NCBI GenBank assembly: GCA_964651735.1
Contig: CAZYYU010000003.1
Coordinates: 48,014-112,013, forward strand
DNA from: an uncultured Gammaproteobacteria bacterium
Lineage (GTDB): Bacteria; Pseudomonadota; Gammaproteobacteria; CAZYYU01
Reading direction: 5' to 3'
DNA length: 64,000 nucleotides
A program made the translations under genes and the position numbers. Shown piece after piece: positions 9,972 to 19,371 of the stretch (positions are counted from its first letter, which is position 1; each line of letters starts with the position of its first letter). The notes under the pieces were generated by a model, which searched no databases, was not told where the DNA came from, and worked only from the letters and a program-made list of their open reading frames with translations.

Positions 9972-10403
9972 GGGGCGGAAAGATTTTAATCCCGGCCTTT
10001 GCTGTGGGTCGTGCACAACATTTACTGTATTATCTTTATCAATTGAAATCGCAAAATAGAATTCCGAATATTCCGATCTATTTAGATAGTCCAATGGCCA
10101 CGAATGCAACCGATTTGATGTGTAAATATTCGCTTGAGCTTAATTTATCTAAAACATATGTCACCAGATATGCGGTATTAGTGTTTGCTCCGCATCGCAA
10201 AAATACGATTTAATTCACCGGATATCAAGCTGTGGGAGCTCGAGGGGCTACTATTTTAGCCGGAAATAGCACTGTAAAATCCACGGAATGTTTTTATCAC
10301 GCACGGTGAATCTGAAGCCGCAGCAGCGCTTCAACAACGAATACAACAAGAGTTTAATTGGAATACCACTATTCCAAAATATAAGGAAACTTTTGCCTTG
10401 TAG
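9972..10403 (+). pseudogene. remnant of metallo-beta-lactamase-fold beta-CASP hydrolase (RNase J/CPSF-like), N-terminal half deleted and frameshifted
   Basis: in-frame ILIPAFAVGRAQHLLYYL (beta-CASP motif) with no upstream MBL domain; downstream fragment in another frame GYQAVGARGATILAG...HARGESEAAAALQQRI (C-terminal MBL motifs). Confidence 0.65.
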
Positions 10404-10462
10404 ACCATCCCTACTTGTACATAAATTTGATTATTTCAAAATAATTCGTCAAAATAGCTAAA

Positions 10463-11401
10463 ATGATAATCAAAAGCAAATTCAAATCTGCATGGTGGTT
10501 GCCTGGTCCTCATTTACAAACCTTATGGCCGACCCTGATGCGACGGAAAATAAATCTGGATCTACGTCGAGAGCGTATAGAATTGCCTGATGGAGATTTT
10601 ATTGATCTTGATTGGATTTCAACTGAAAATAAAAACTCGCCTATTGTCATTGTACTGCATGGACTAGAAGGCTCAATTCACTCGAAATATGCCAGAGGTA
10701 TCCTTCGCACACTTCAAGAAAGTGGATATCGAGCGGTATTGATGTATTTTAGAGGATGTAGTGGCGAGCCAAACCGACTTTTAAGGGCATACCACTCAGG
10801 TGAAACTAGTGATTTCGCTAGCGTCATTCAAATTCTAAAAATGAGAGAACCTCATACTCCAATTTCTGCCGTTGGTTATTCACTCGGCGGGAATGTACTG
10901 TTGAAATGGCTCGGCGAAACACAGGATAAAAATCCTTTAGAAAAGGCTGTTGCAATCTCCGTGCCCTTTGAATTACATAAACTTGCTGACAAAATGAATG
11001 CCGGTTTTTCAAGAATTTATCAAAATCATCTGCTAAAGAGATTAATTAAAAAATTTAAAGCCAAACTTGGTTTTGAGAAAGTCAAAGGTATAAGCAGTTT
11101 TTGGGATTTTGATAATCAAATTACTGCACCATTACACGGATTTAAAAACGCGATGGATTACTATCAACAATCCAGCTCGCGTCAATTTTTAAAAAATATC
11201 CAAAAACCGACTTTAATTTTACACGCTGTCGATGATCCATTTATGACTTCCAATGTCATCCCAAAAAGTGCAGAATTGTCAAATCACGTTATTTTAGAGC
11301 TCTCATCCTCAGGTGGACATGTAGGGTTTGTAACAGGATTAATCCCAGGTTTAGGAAAATATTGGTTAGAAAAACGTATATCACAATTTTTAAAAGGATA
11401 A
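10463..11401 (+). CDS. alpha/beta-fold hydrolase, YheT family
   Basis: HGLEGS and nucleophile elbow GYSLGGN; size and order typical of the YheT family. Confidence 0.8.
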   Translation: MIIKSKFKSAWWLPGPHLQTLWPTLMRRKINLDLRRERIELPDGDFIDLDWISTENKNSPIVIVLHGLEGSIHSKYARGILRTLQESGYRAVLMYFRGCSGEPNRLLRAYHSGETSDFASVIQILKMREPHTPISAVGYSLGGNVLLKWLGETQDKNPLEKAVAISVPFELHKLADKMNAGFSRIYQNHLLKRLIKKFKAKLGFEKVKGISSFWDFDNQITAPLHGFKNAMDYYQQSSSRQFLKNIQKPTLILHAVDDPFMTSNVIPKSAELSNHVILELSSSGGHVGFVTGLIPGLGKYWLEKRISQFLKG

Positions 11402-11404
11402 AAA

Positions 11405-12589
11405 ATGAATAGCAAATTAGTTCTATTAACTATTATTTTACTGGCAGGTTGCTTACCCGGTGTAAGTTCAGATATTTATGCCCCTTCACTTCCTGCAATC
11501 ACGAATGAATTAAATACTAGTATAGAATTAGTGCAGTGGAGTATGGCAATTTTTATGTTAGGTCTTGCGGTCACTCATCTCGTTTATGGACCCTTATCTG
11601 AGGGTATCGGTCGACGTTATACTTTACTCGCCTCACTTTGTGTGATTTTTATAGGCTGTGTAATCAGTGTTTTGGCCACCGATATTTCTACACTCATCAC
11701 AGGTCGTTTTATCCAAGGGTGTGGCGCTGGTGGCTGTGCTGCCTTATGGCGCGCCATATTTCGAGATTCCTTTGAGGGAGCAGAACTTGCAAAATATGCA
11801 TCTTATTTATCCATTTTTGTGACTTTTATAGTACCCTCGGCTCCCACCTTAGGGGGGTATTTACAAACTCTATTTGGATGGCGCTCAAATTTTGTGTTCT
11901 TACTCTGTTATGCATTTGTAGCAATATTAGCGACCTTGTTTGTTTTAAAAGAGACCAATAAACACCTTGATATTAATCGCTTAAAGCCAAAATTTATTTT
12001 CGACACTTATAAAACCATTCTCTCAAGTCGAATTTTTATGGGATATTCACTTTGCGTATTTTTTAGTTATGGAGCATTTTTTTCGTGGTTTATCATTAGC
12101 CCTGTTTTATTAATTAAAATTGTTGGGATTTCACCCGTTGCTTATGGTTGGCTTTCATTTTTAGGAGTGGGGCTGGCCATGATGTCATCCAGCTTGATCA
12201 ACGGCAGAGTTGTTGGTCGATTGGGCCAGCACTTCATGCTGCGTATGGGATGGTCACTCATGATTATTGCAGGTGCTCTAATGCTAGTGCTTAAATTTCT
12301 GTTCACCATTAATGCTTTGATTATTGTGATGCCGATGTTTCTCTTAATATTCGGCGTCACATTTATTTGGCCTAATGCATTTACGGGTGCATTTAGTCCT
12401 TTTGCTAAAATCGCCGGTTACGCGGCTGCTATCTATGGCGCTGTTCAATTGGGTGGAGCAGCTGTTATCGGAAGTATTATTTCTTTAATGCCTGACACAA
12501 ACCAGATACCACTAGCGTTGATTTTCATGATTTCACCTATCTTAGCCTGGCTGGTATTTGAGCTTGGTGTAAAACCCAAAGAAAGGTAG
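11405..12589 (+). CDS. MFS transporter, Bcr/CflA drug-efflux subfamily
   Basis: 12 TM; signature GPLSEGIGRRYTLL; 3-bp gap to upstream hydrolase gene. Confidence 0.85.
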   Translation: MNSKLVLLTIILLAGCLPGVSSDIYAPSLPAITNELNTSIELVQWSMAIFMLGLAVTHLVYGPLSEGIGRRYTLLASLCVIFIGCVISVLATDISTLITGRFIQGCGAGGCAALWRAIFRDSFEGAELAKYASYLSIFVTFIVPSAPTLGGYLQTLFGWRSNFVFLLCYAFVAILATLFVLKETNKHLDINRLKPKFIFDTYKTILSSRIFMGYSLCVFFSYGAFFSWFIISPVLLIKIVGISPVAYGWLSFLGVGLAMMSSSLINGRVVGRLGQHFMLRMGWSLMIIAGALMLVLKFLFTINALIIVMPMFLLIFGVTFIWPNAFTGAFSPFAKIAGYAAAIYGAVQLGGAAVIGSIISLMPDTNQIPLALIFMISPILAWLVFELGVKPKER

Positions 12590-12735
12590 AATGTTTTTCA
12601 CAGAGTAAAAGACTGAAAGTTATGCTGGAGAATGCATTAAAATTAGTTACGATTTGCTAATTTTTAGCCTCTAAAAAGCCTAGTTGGAAATGTGGAGAGT
12701 ATAAAATTGATCGTTAAGGATCTGTTAACAATAGG

Positions 12736-14115
12736 ATGTCAAGATTGCTGCACATATACGATTCCGGACTAACGATGAAAAACATACACTACTATGGCGT
12801 CATTGCGATGGCAATGTCCCTTTTATTATCTGCATGTGCCCCTTCTGATGGGACAAAAACGATTAAACAGTTTGATCAAACTGTTGCAAACTATACTAAA
12901 AATATCCCTGAAAATACCCTTCTCATCACTTCTCAACAACAAGATAAATTAAAAGAATACTATTTGTCGCAATATTATTCGGTTTGGGATAAAAATCTGA
13001 GAACTGATGAACTGAATACCATAAAAATCAAAGAGACGACTCTGGTATCTAAGTTTAGTAATGAACCTGGATTTAACGAAAATAATCAACCTATTAAACT
13101 TGAATGGATTAGAAAAATCGCTGACAAAATGAATATGAATAATTATCCAAATACACAAAAAAGAGCGATCACTTTAAGAAACATGAATATTCGTGTACTT
13201 CCAACGAACAAGGCCTCTTATCGATCTGATAAAATTCCAGGAGAAGGATATCCCTTTGATCATCTGCAAGAAACACTCATCCCTGCAAATACGCCTGTTT
13301 ATATTATCCATCAATCGCAGGATAAATCCTGGTCACTGATTAAATCACATAACTCATTAGGCTGGGTAAAAACGAATCATATTGGATTCGTCGATGATAA
13401 ATTCATATCAACCTGGAAATCCAAAAATTACATCGTTTCTACGACCTTAGGTCACTGTATTATCAATCCAGAAAACAATAAATTTTTATTCCAAGCTCGA
13501 TTCGGCACCATTCTCCCCCTCCTCAGTGAAGAAAAAAATTCTTATAAAATTCTTGTAGCAGCGATGAATAAAAACGAACAACTTGCAAAAATCAAAACCG
13601 TAGATATCCAAAAGTCTTTTTCAGCACCTTGGCCACTGGTACCAACACAAAAAAATATAACCTTAACCATACAAACACTGGTTGGACAACCTTATGGATA
13701 TGGCGGATTATTTGGTTTTAGAGACTGCTCCTCCAGCGTAATGGATATATACGCCGTTTTTGGGATCTGGATTCCACGCAACGCTAGCGAACAACATCTC
13801 TCAGGAAATTTCTTTTCATTCAAAGATCTGACCAGCAAAGAAAAAGCAAAATTAATCCAAGAAAAAGGCCTTCCCTTATTAACCTTAATTAATTTAGGTG
13901 ACCACACATTATTATATGTAGGAGAAAAATCTCACACATTGTATGTTTTTCAAAATGTCTGGGGAATGCACACTGGCACTCCCTTCAAAGAAACCGGCCG
14001 ATCCGTCATCGCAAAAACCGTCATTACTCCCATCGATTTAGGCAGTAAATATATCAATGTCCCTAAAAGCTTTTTAGACAGAGCCAAAGGGATGACTGTG
14101 GTTATTGATTCCTAA
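12736..14115 (+). CDS. NlpC/P60 (C40) cell-wall peptidase lipoprotein with N-terminal SH3-like region
   Basis: lipobox LLSAC (true start probably Met at about 12775); catalytic Cys region GFRDCSSSV. Confidence 0.7.
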   Translation: MSRLLHIYDSGLTMKNIHYYGVIAMAMSLLLSACAPSDGTKTIKQFDQTVANYTKNIPENTLLITSQQQDKLKEYYLSQYYSVWDKNLRTDELNTIKIKETTLVSKFSNEPGFNENNQPIKLEWIRKIADKMNMNNYPNTQKRAITLRNMNIRVLPTNKASYRSDKIPGEGYPFDHLQETLIPANTPVYIIHQSQDKSWSLIKSHNSLGWVKTNHIGFVDDKFISTWKSKNYIVSTTLGHCIINPENNKFLFQARFGTILPLLSEEKNSYKILVAAMNKNEQLAKIKTVDIQKSFSAPWPLVPTQKNITLTIQTLVGQPYGYGGLFGFRDCSSSVMDIYAVFGIWIPRNASEQHLSGNFFSFKDLTSKEKAKLIQEKGLPLLTLINLGDHTLLYVGEKSHTLYVFQNVWGMHTGTPFKETGRSVIAKTVITPIDLGSKYINVPKSFLDRAKGMTVVIDS

Positions 14116-14218
14116 TCTAGAACACACACAATAAGCGTAGAGTTCAATCAAGCTATATAATAACAGCACTATTCGTGCGATAATTGTAAGGGTTTTACAG
14201 AATCTCATTAGGTTAATT

Positions 14219-14623
14219 ATGGCCTTCGATGATCATTTTAGACTAAGTTCACATGCTGTCATTACTGATACAGACGGTAAAATATTGCAATTAAAATCTA
14301 CTTATGAAGGATGCCGATGGGGCTTACCTGGAGGCGCCTTAGAACCCGCTGAAACCATTCATGAAGCACTTTTTCGAGAATGCCGTGAAGAAATGGGCAT
14401 TGATATTCAAATTTTGTATATGAGCGGCATGTATTTTCACAAAGCTTATAATTCACACGCTTGTATTTTTAGATGTGAGATGCCAAAGCAATATGAAATA
14501 AAATTAAGCTCAGAACATTCGGAATTCCGTTTCTTCACACTTAACGAGTTGAGCGAAATTCAGTGTCAACGTGTCTTGGATTGCTTGAACTTTGATGGTA
14601 AAGTAAAAAGCGCAAAATTTTAA
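14219..14623 (+). CDS. NUDIX hydrolase
   Basis: Nudix box GLPGGALEPAETIHEALFRECREEMG. Confidence 0.8.
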   Translation: MAFDDHFRLSSHAVITDTDGKILQLKSTYEGCRWGLPGGALEPAETIHEALFRECREEMGIDIQILYMSGMYFHKAYNSHACIFRCEMPKQYEIKLSSEHSEFRFFTLNELSEIQCQRVLDCLNFDGKVKSAKF

Positions 14624-14628
14624 ATGAT

Positions 14629-16017
14629 TTGACTACTATGAATACCCAAGAAATGCCTCGTTATACCGTCAAAAAGGAATTATATCCTTTATTGAAATTA
14701 GCCATTCCACTTGCGATGACCGGTATCATGCAATCGTCAATTTTCTTTTTTGAAACGATATTTTTAGCACATATCGATCAACAAACCTTAGCTGCCGGTG
14801 CATTAGTCAGTTGGTTATTTGGCACTTTAGCAGCAATATTGTTCGGCACCTTAAGTTCAATTAATGTCTTAGTTTCTCATCAACATGGCGCAAACGATCA
14901 AACAGGAATATCACTGGTTATACGTGATGGATTACTATTAGCCATGTTACTGACTATTCCTACCATTCTGCTGTTTTGGAATATGTCTCCTATTTTTCTA
15001 TTATTTGGGCAACAACCCTCTGTAGTAACACTGGCTGAATCCTATCTACGTGCTCTAGCCTGGGGAATATTACCTAACTATTTCATCATCGCTTTTTTAG
15101 AATTCATCATAGGCTTAGGCCATGCCAGAATCGTCATGTTTTTTTCCGTTTTAGAAGTTTCTCTCACGATATTTTGCAGTTACGTTTTAATATTTGGAAA
15201 GTTTGGCTTGCCAGTGCTCGGTATTGCCGGCGCTGGATGGGGGATGAGCATCAGTTATTGGATTACCGCAATCGTCTTGGTTGCTTATGTTTTAACAGAC
15301 GTCCATTATAAAAAATATTTCCGGCATTTCTTCAAAAAAAGAAAACCATCCTATTTATGGGAATTGATAATAGTGGGTGTTCCCATGGGTGCAATGTATT
15401 GTATAGAAGTTGGTTTCTTCTTCGCCCTTACTCTGATTATGGGCTCTATTAGCAGCCAACTGCTTGCTGCTAATCAAATCGCCCTACAATATATGGGCGC
15501 GCTCATGAGCGTGATTTTTTCCATTGCACAAGCGATTACTGTACGCATGGGACACTTGCTCGGAGCCAAAGAATTACAGGCAGCAAAATATGCTGGCTAC
15601 ACGGGTGTTTTTATATCAGGAATTTCTATGATTTTGGTTGCTGTTTGTTATTGGTCCTTCCCCACCCTTCTCATATCCGTGGATTTAGATGTTCATAATT
15701 TGAAAAATATGAGCATCGTCCGTGATATTAAATTGCTCCTAGCAATCAGTGCACTCTTTCAAATTTTCGAAGCCATGCGAATTTCATTATTTGGAGCACT
15801 ACGTGCTTTAAAGGACACCCATTTTACTTTGCTAATTTCAATCATTAGCTTTTGGTTCATTGCACTACCTTTAGGATATGTACTGGCGACCTATTTCCAC
15901 TTTGGAGGCGCAGGTTTGTGGTGGGGTATGGTGATGGGAGCTCTTTTCAGTGTTTTATTACTGTATTTTCGATTTAAAATAAAAATTCGTGATTATGTGC
16001 AATATGAATTTAATTAA
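14629..16017 (+). CDS. MATE family multidrug efflux transporter (NorM-like)
   Basis: 12 TM, 462 aa, MATE-type repeat architecture. Confidence 0.82.
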   Translation: MTTMNTQEMPRYTVKKELYPLLKLAIPLAMTGIMQSSIFFFETIFLAHIDQQTLAAGALVSWLFGTLAAILFGTLSSINVLVSHQHGANDQTGISLVIRDGLLLAMLLTIPTILLFWNMSPIFLLFGQQPSVVTLAESYLRALAWGILPNYFIIAFLEFIIGLGHARIVMFFSVLEVSLTIFCSYVLIFGKFGLPVLGIAGAGWGMSISYWITAIVLVAYVLTDVHYKKYFRHFFKKRKPSYLWELIIVGVPMGAMYCIEVGFFFALTLIMGSISSQLLAANQIALQYMGALMSVIFSIAQAITVRMGHLLGAKELQAAKYAGYTGVFISGISMILVAVCYWSFPTLLISVDLDVHNLKNMSIVRDIKLLLAISALFQIFEAMRISLFGALRALKDTHFTLLISIISFWFIALPLGYVLATYFHFGGAGLWWGMVMGALFSVLLLYFRFKIKIRDYVQYEFN

Positions 16018-16041
16018 AAAATTATTTGAAGGAAGATTTTT

Positions 16042-16683
16042 ATGAAAATTGTATTCCTATTTTACGAAGGCATGACTGCTCTTGATGCCGTTGGACCTCA
16101 TGAAATTCTATGTCGATTGCCAGGAGCATCAGTACAACGAGTAGCACATCAAGCTGGTCCAATACGAACCGATTCAGGACTATTTTTAACTGCTGATTTT
16201 GCAATATCTGATATTTCAGCAGCAGATATTCTTTTAGTACCCGGTGCAGGAAGTGCAACTACCCTAAAAAATTTTCCAGCCACTCTCGACTGGTTGAATC
16301 TGATACACCAAACAACAACCTGGACAACATCAGTTTGTACAGGCAGTTTAATATTAGGAGCTGCAGGTATATTAACTGGATTAAACGCAACATCACATTG
16401 GGCTGCATTAGATAGACTAAGCACTTGGGGAGCAAAGCCCACTCCATTACGAATTGTGGAATCTGGCAAAGTGATTACTGCAGCTGGAGTCAGTGCAGGA
16501 ATTGATATGGCATTAACTCTTGCTGCTAAAATTGCCGGTAAAAATATTGCTGAGTCCTTACAATTGGGAATAGAATACGATCCTGCACCCCCCTTCGATG
16601 TTGGCTCTCCAACAAAAGCTAACCCGATAATTCTTGAAGCATTGCGATCACGTCTGCTTGCTTCATTTGAAAATGTAGATTAA
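16042..16683 (+). CDS. DJ-1/PfpI family protein (type 1 glutamine amidotransferase-like)
   Basis: nucleophile elbow VCTGSLILGAAG; about 210 aa. Confidence 0.8.
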   Translation: MKIVFLFYEGMTALDAVGPHEILCRLPGASVQRVAHQAGPIRTDSGLFLTADFAISDISAADILLVPGAGSATTLKNFPATLDWLNLIHQTTTWTTSVCTGSLILGAAGILTGLNATSHWAALDRLSTWGAKPTPLRIVESGKVITAAGVSAGIDMALTLAAKIAGKNIAESLQLGIEYDPAPPFDVGSPTKANPIILEALRSRLLASFENVD

Positions 16684-16724
16684 ATTAAATAGGGAGTCAT
16701 TACTATTTAAGGTAATTCAGTTTT

Positions 16725-17219
16725 TTATACTGCATCATTCAATTCTATATCCATCACCGCTACAGGATGTCCAAAAAGCTGATCAGGATCTAATAGCTGC
16801 CATCCTAATCGGGAATACCAAGTTGGAATCGTTGGATCAAAAGCCAATAGATAGAGTTTTTCATGACCTAAATTAATTGCTATCCATTTAATAGCTTCAA
16901 TTAATTGTTCACCTATTTTTTGTTTTCGAAAATTCGGATCTACGACTAAACTCGCTAACCAAGGTGTACGATGAGGTTGAATGCCATCGTTTTCTCGTAA
17001 TGAAGCCATTCCCACAGGCTGCCCATTTGCTAGGGCAACTAAAGTCAGAGGTAATTGGGTATAATTTGCATGCTTTTTGAACTTTTCTTTAGCAAGTTCA
17101 ACATTTGCATTAGGAATCCATGGCACACCAATTTGCTCATACCAAAGCTGAACTAAATAAGGAATATGTTCTATGCAATCTGCAAGAAACTTAATTTCAA
17201 TTTCAATCATATTGCCCAT
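16725..17219 (-). CDS. GNAT family N-acetyltransferase
   Basis: acetyl-CoA binding region RKQKIGEQLIEAIKW; 164 aa; 5-bp gap to upstream DMT gene. Confidence 0.7.
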   Translation of the reverse strand: MGNMIEIEIKFLADCIEHIPYLVQLWYEQIGVPWIPNANVELAKEKFKKHANYTQLPLTLVALANGQPVGMASLRENDGIQPHRTPWLASLVVDPNFRKQKIGEQLIEAIKWIAINLGHEKLYLLAFDPTIPTWYSRLGWQLLDPDQLFGHPVAVMDIELNDAV

Positions 17220-17224
17220 AATGT

Positions 17225-18208
17225 CTACTCCAAAGCTTTTTTGTGAGCTGATGTTTTTTTGCAGCCAACAAAAATAGCAATAATAACAAGAACCATACCA
17301 ACAATTGCGCTATTAGTGATAGGTTCGTTTAAAAAGATAAATGCAAGCAATGTCGTACTCACGGGCATAACACCCGTAAAAAGTGCAGCCGTGTTAGCAT
17401 TGATTTTAGTTAATCCACGATACCACAATAAGAAAAACATAATTCCACCAGTAATACCATATAACAATAACTGAGCATAAATGCCAGTCTCTATGTGAGT
17501 CGGATGAAAATCTTTAAAACTGAATAGTGCAAAAGGAACAAATAAAATGAAATTAAATAAATTGACCAAAATAACCGCTTCCATCTCTGATATTTTCTTG
17601 CCCACTGACTTGGATAAAATAGTAAAAAGTGCTTCAGGGATTACAGCAAGTAAAACCAACAAATTTCCAATCAATGCACCTTCCATAGAAGCCGAGGTAT
17701 TACCCATATTTAAAACGACAAGACCCACTACAACAATAACAATAGCTAATAATTTTTGCGAAGTAATTTTTTCACGCAAAAATATAGCCGCCAAAATAAA
17801 AATCATAATAGGTGTAATGCTGCTAATTATCCCTGCGTCTGTAGCTGTGGTCGTTTTCATTCCATACAAAATAAACACATTAAACAAAAAACCACCACAG
17901 GCTGCTTGAAAAAATAATAATAGTTTATCTTTAGAACTAAGCACAGTGAAATTATGATAGGTATTCAAAAAACCTATACCCTTAAAACGTGCTATAGCCA
18001 TCATACCCGCACACCCAATCGCAAAGCGAATAGCCAGCAAAATAAAAATAGGAAAAAAGCTGATCAGATATTTCCCAGAAATCACATTAAGACCCACGCA
18101 ACATTGAGCAAGCGCTAATTCTGTGTAACCGATGGCATAATCTTTTTTAGTTAAAGTGTTTTTCATAAGTTGAATACCTATTCTGCAAAGCCTTAATTTA
18201 TAAATCAT
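17225..18208 (-). CDS. DMT superfamily transporter (EamA-like)
   Basis: 10 TM, duplicated EamA-like halves. Confidence 0.8.
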   Translation of the reverse strand: MIYKLRLCRIGIQLMKNTLTKKDYAIGYTELALAQCCVGLNVISGKYLISFFPIFILLAIRFAIGCAGMMAIARFKGIGFLNTYHNFTVLSSKDKLLLFFQAACGGFLFNVFILYGMKTTTATDAGIISSITPIMIFILAAIFLREKITSQKLLAIVIVVVGLVVLNMGNTSASMEGALIGNLLVLLAVIPEALFTILSKSVGKKISEMEAVILVNLFNFILFVPFALFSFKDFHPTHIETGIYAQLLLYGITGGIMFFLLWYRGLTKINANTAALFTGVMPVSTTLLAFIFLNEPITNSAIVGMVLVIIAIFVGCKKTSAHKKALE

Positions 18209-18371
18209 CTAAATAGATTATGGTATCGAATTTGTGAGGTACTAACAATGATCGGCTGAACATTATGCTTATAAAACATGAGGATGATCCTATTGTTATT
18301 GTTATTTTATGTGAAAATAGCTTGAAACAAAACCTTTGCTATGGTCAAATCCTTAAGAGCAAAAAATTATT

Positions 18372-19292
18372 TTGGGAGAAACAGAGATGATCATTGGAAA
18401 ACTATCGGGAAAAAAAATTAATATCCCTAATGTTAATCAGGCGCCAATGCCTGCTTTAGCCTCTCCTGGGATTATTTATAGAGGCGAAAAAGTTCAGAAT
18501 TTTGAAATTGATTCATCGAGAGGATATCCTGATGTGCGGAGTTTCAGAAGAAAGTTTGGGCTCATCATTCCTGCGACGAATACCAGTATGGAACATGAAC
18601 TCTGGAGTATCATCTTCAAAAATCCCGAACTTAAAGGAGTTGGTCTTCACACTTCTAATGTTGTCACACCAAAGCCAAAACTCGAAACTGAAGCTGATCT
18701 CATGGAATACAAAAAACAATTTCTGAGTGGACTTAAATCCGCAGTAGATGTAGCACTTCTAGCACAACCCGAGTACATGATTATGGGAATGAGTTTAGAA
18801 CATATTATCAGTGGAATAAAACCTATCAGAGAACCGATGGTAGAAATTGAAGCCTATTCTGGCTTATCTTGGGCAACCTGGCATGATGCCATTCAAGCGG
18901 CTTTAGAAAAGTTCAAAGCAAAACGCATAGGAATTATTTCCCCATTCGATAAGACAGGAAGTGAATATGCAACACAAATGTTCGAAGATCTGGGGTTTGA
19001 AGTCGTTGCCAGTGTCGGTTTCTCCTGTGCCAATGCAATGCATATAGCGCATATTCCCGACTGGGCAAAAGAAAAAGCTATCTTGGAATTATTAGCCACT
19101 GAGAAGAATCAACTCGATGCCATTGTACAATGTGGTACGAATATGAGCTTAATTAATGTCACCGAAAAATTGGAAGGAATGATTGAAATTCCAATTTTAG
19201 GAATCAATGCCGTGAGCTTCTGGTATGCATTACGAGAAACGGGGATTGATGAGCCTTTAAAAGGTGCCGGTAGATTGCTAAAAGAATTTTGA
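18372..19292 (+). CDS. Asp/Glu racemase superfamily enzyme (arylmalonate decarboxylase / maleate cis-trans isomerase-like)
   Basis: GLIIPATNTSMEHE near N-terminus resembles the maleate isomerase/AMDase motif; second half-domain with Cys region VGFSCANA. Confidence 0.65.
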   Translation: MGETEMIIGKLSGKKINIPNVNQAPMPALASPGIIYRGEKVQNFEIDSSRGYPDVRSFRRKFGLIIPATNTSMEHELWSIIFKNPELKGVGLHTSNVVTPKPKLETEADLMEYKKQFLSGLKSAVDVALLAQPEYMIMGMSLEHIISGIKPIREPMVEIEAYSGLSWATWHDAIQAALEKFKAKRIGIISPFDKTGSEYATQMFEDLGFEVVASVGFSCANAMHIAHIPDWAKEKAILELLATEKNQLDAIVQCGTNMSLINVTEKLEGMIEIPILGINAVSFWYALRETGIDEPLKGAGRLLKEF

Positions 19293-19371
19293 GATAACAC
19301 GGTAGGCCATTAATATTTTCTTAAGTTTAATTACCTAGGATACGTTCATTAATTACTAGAGGAGTTTTGAG

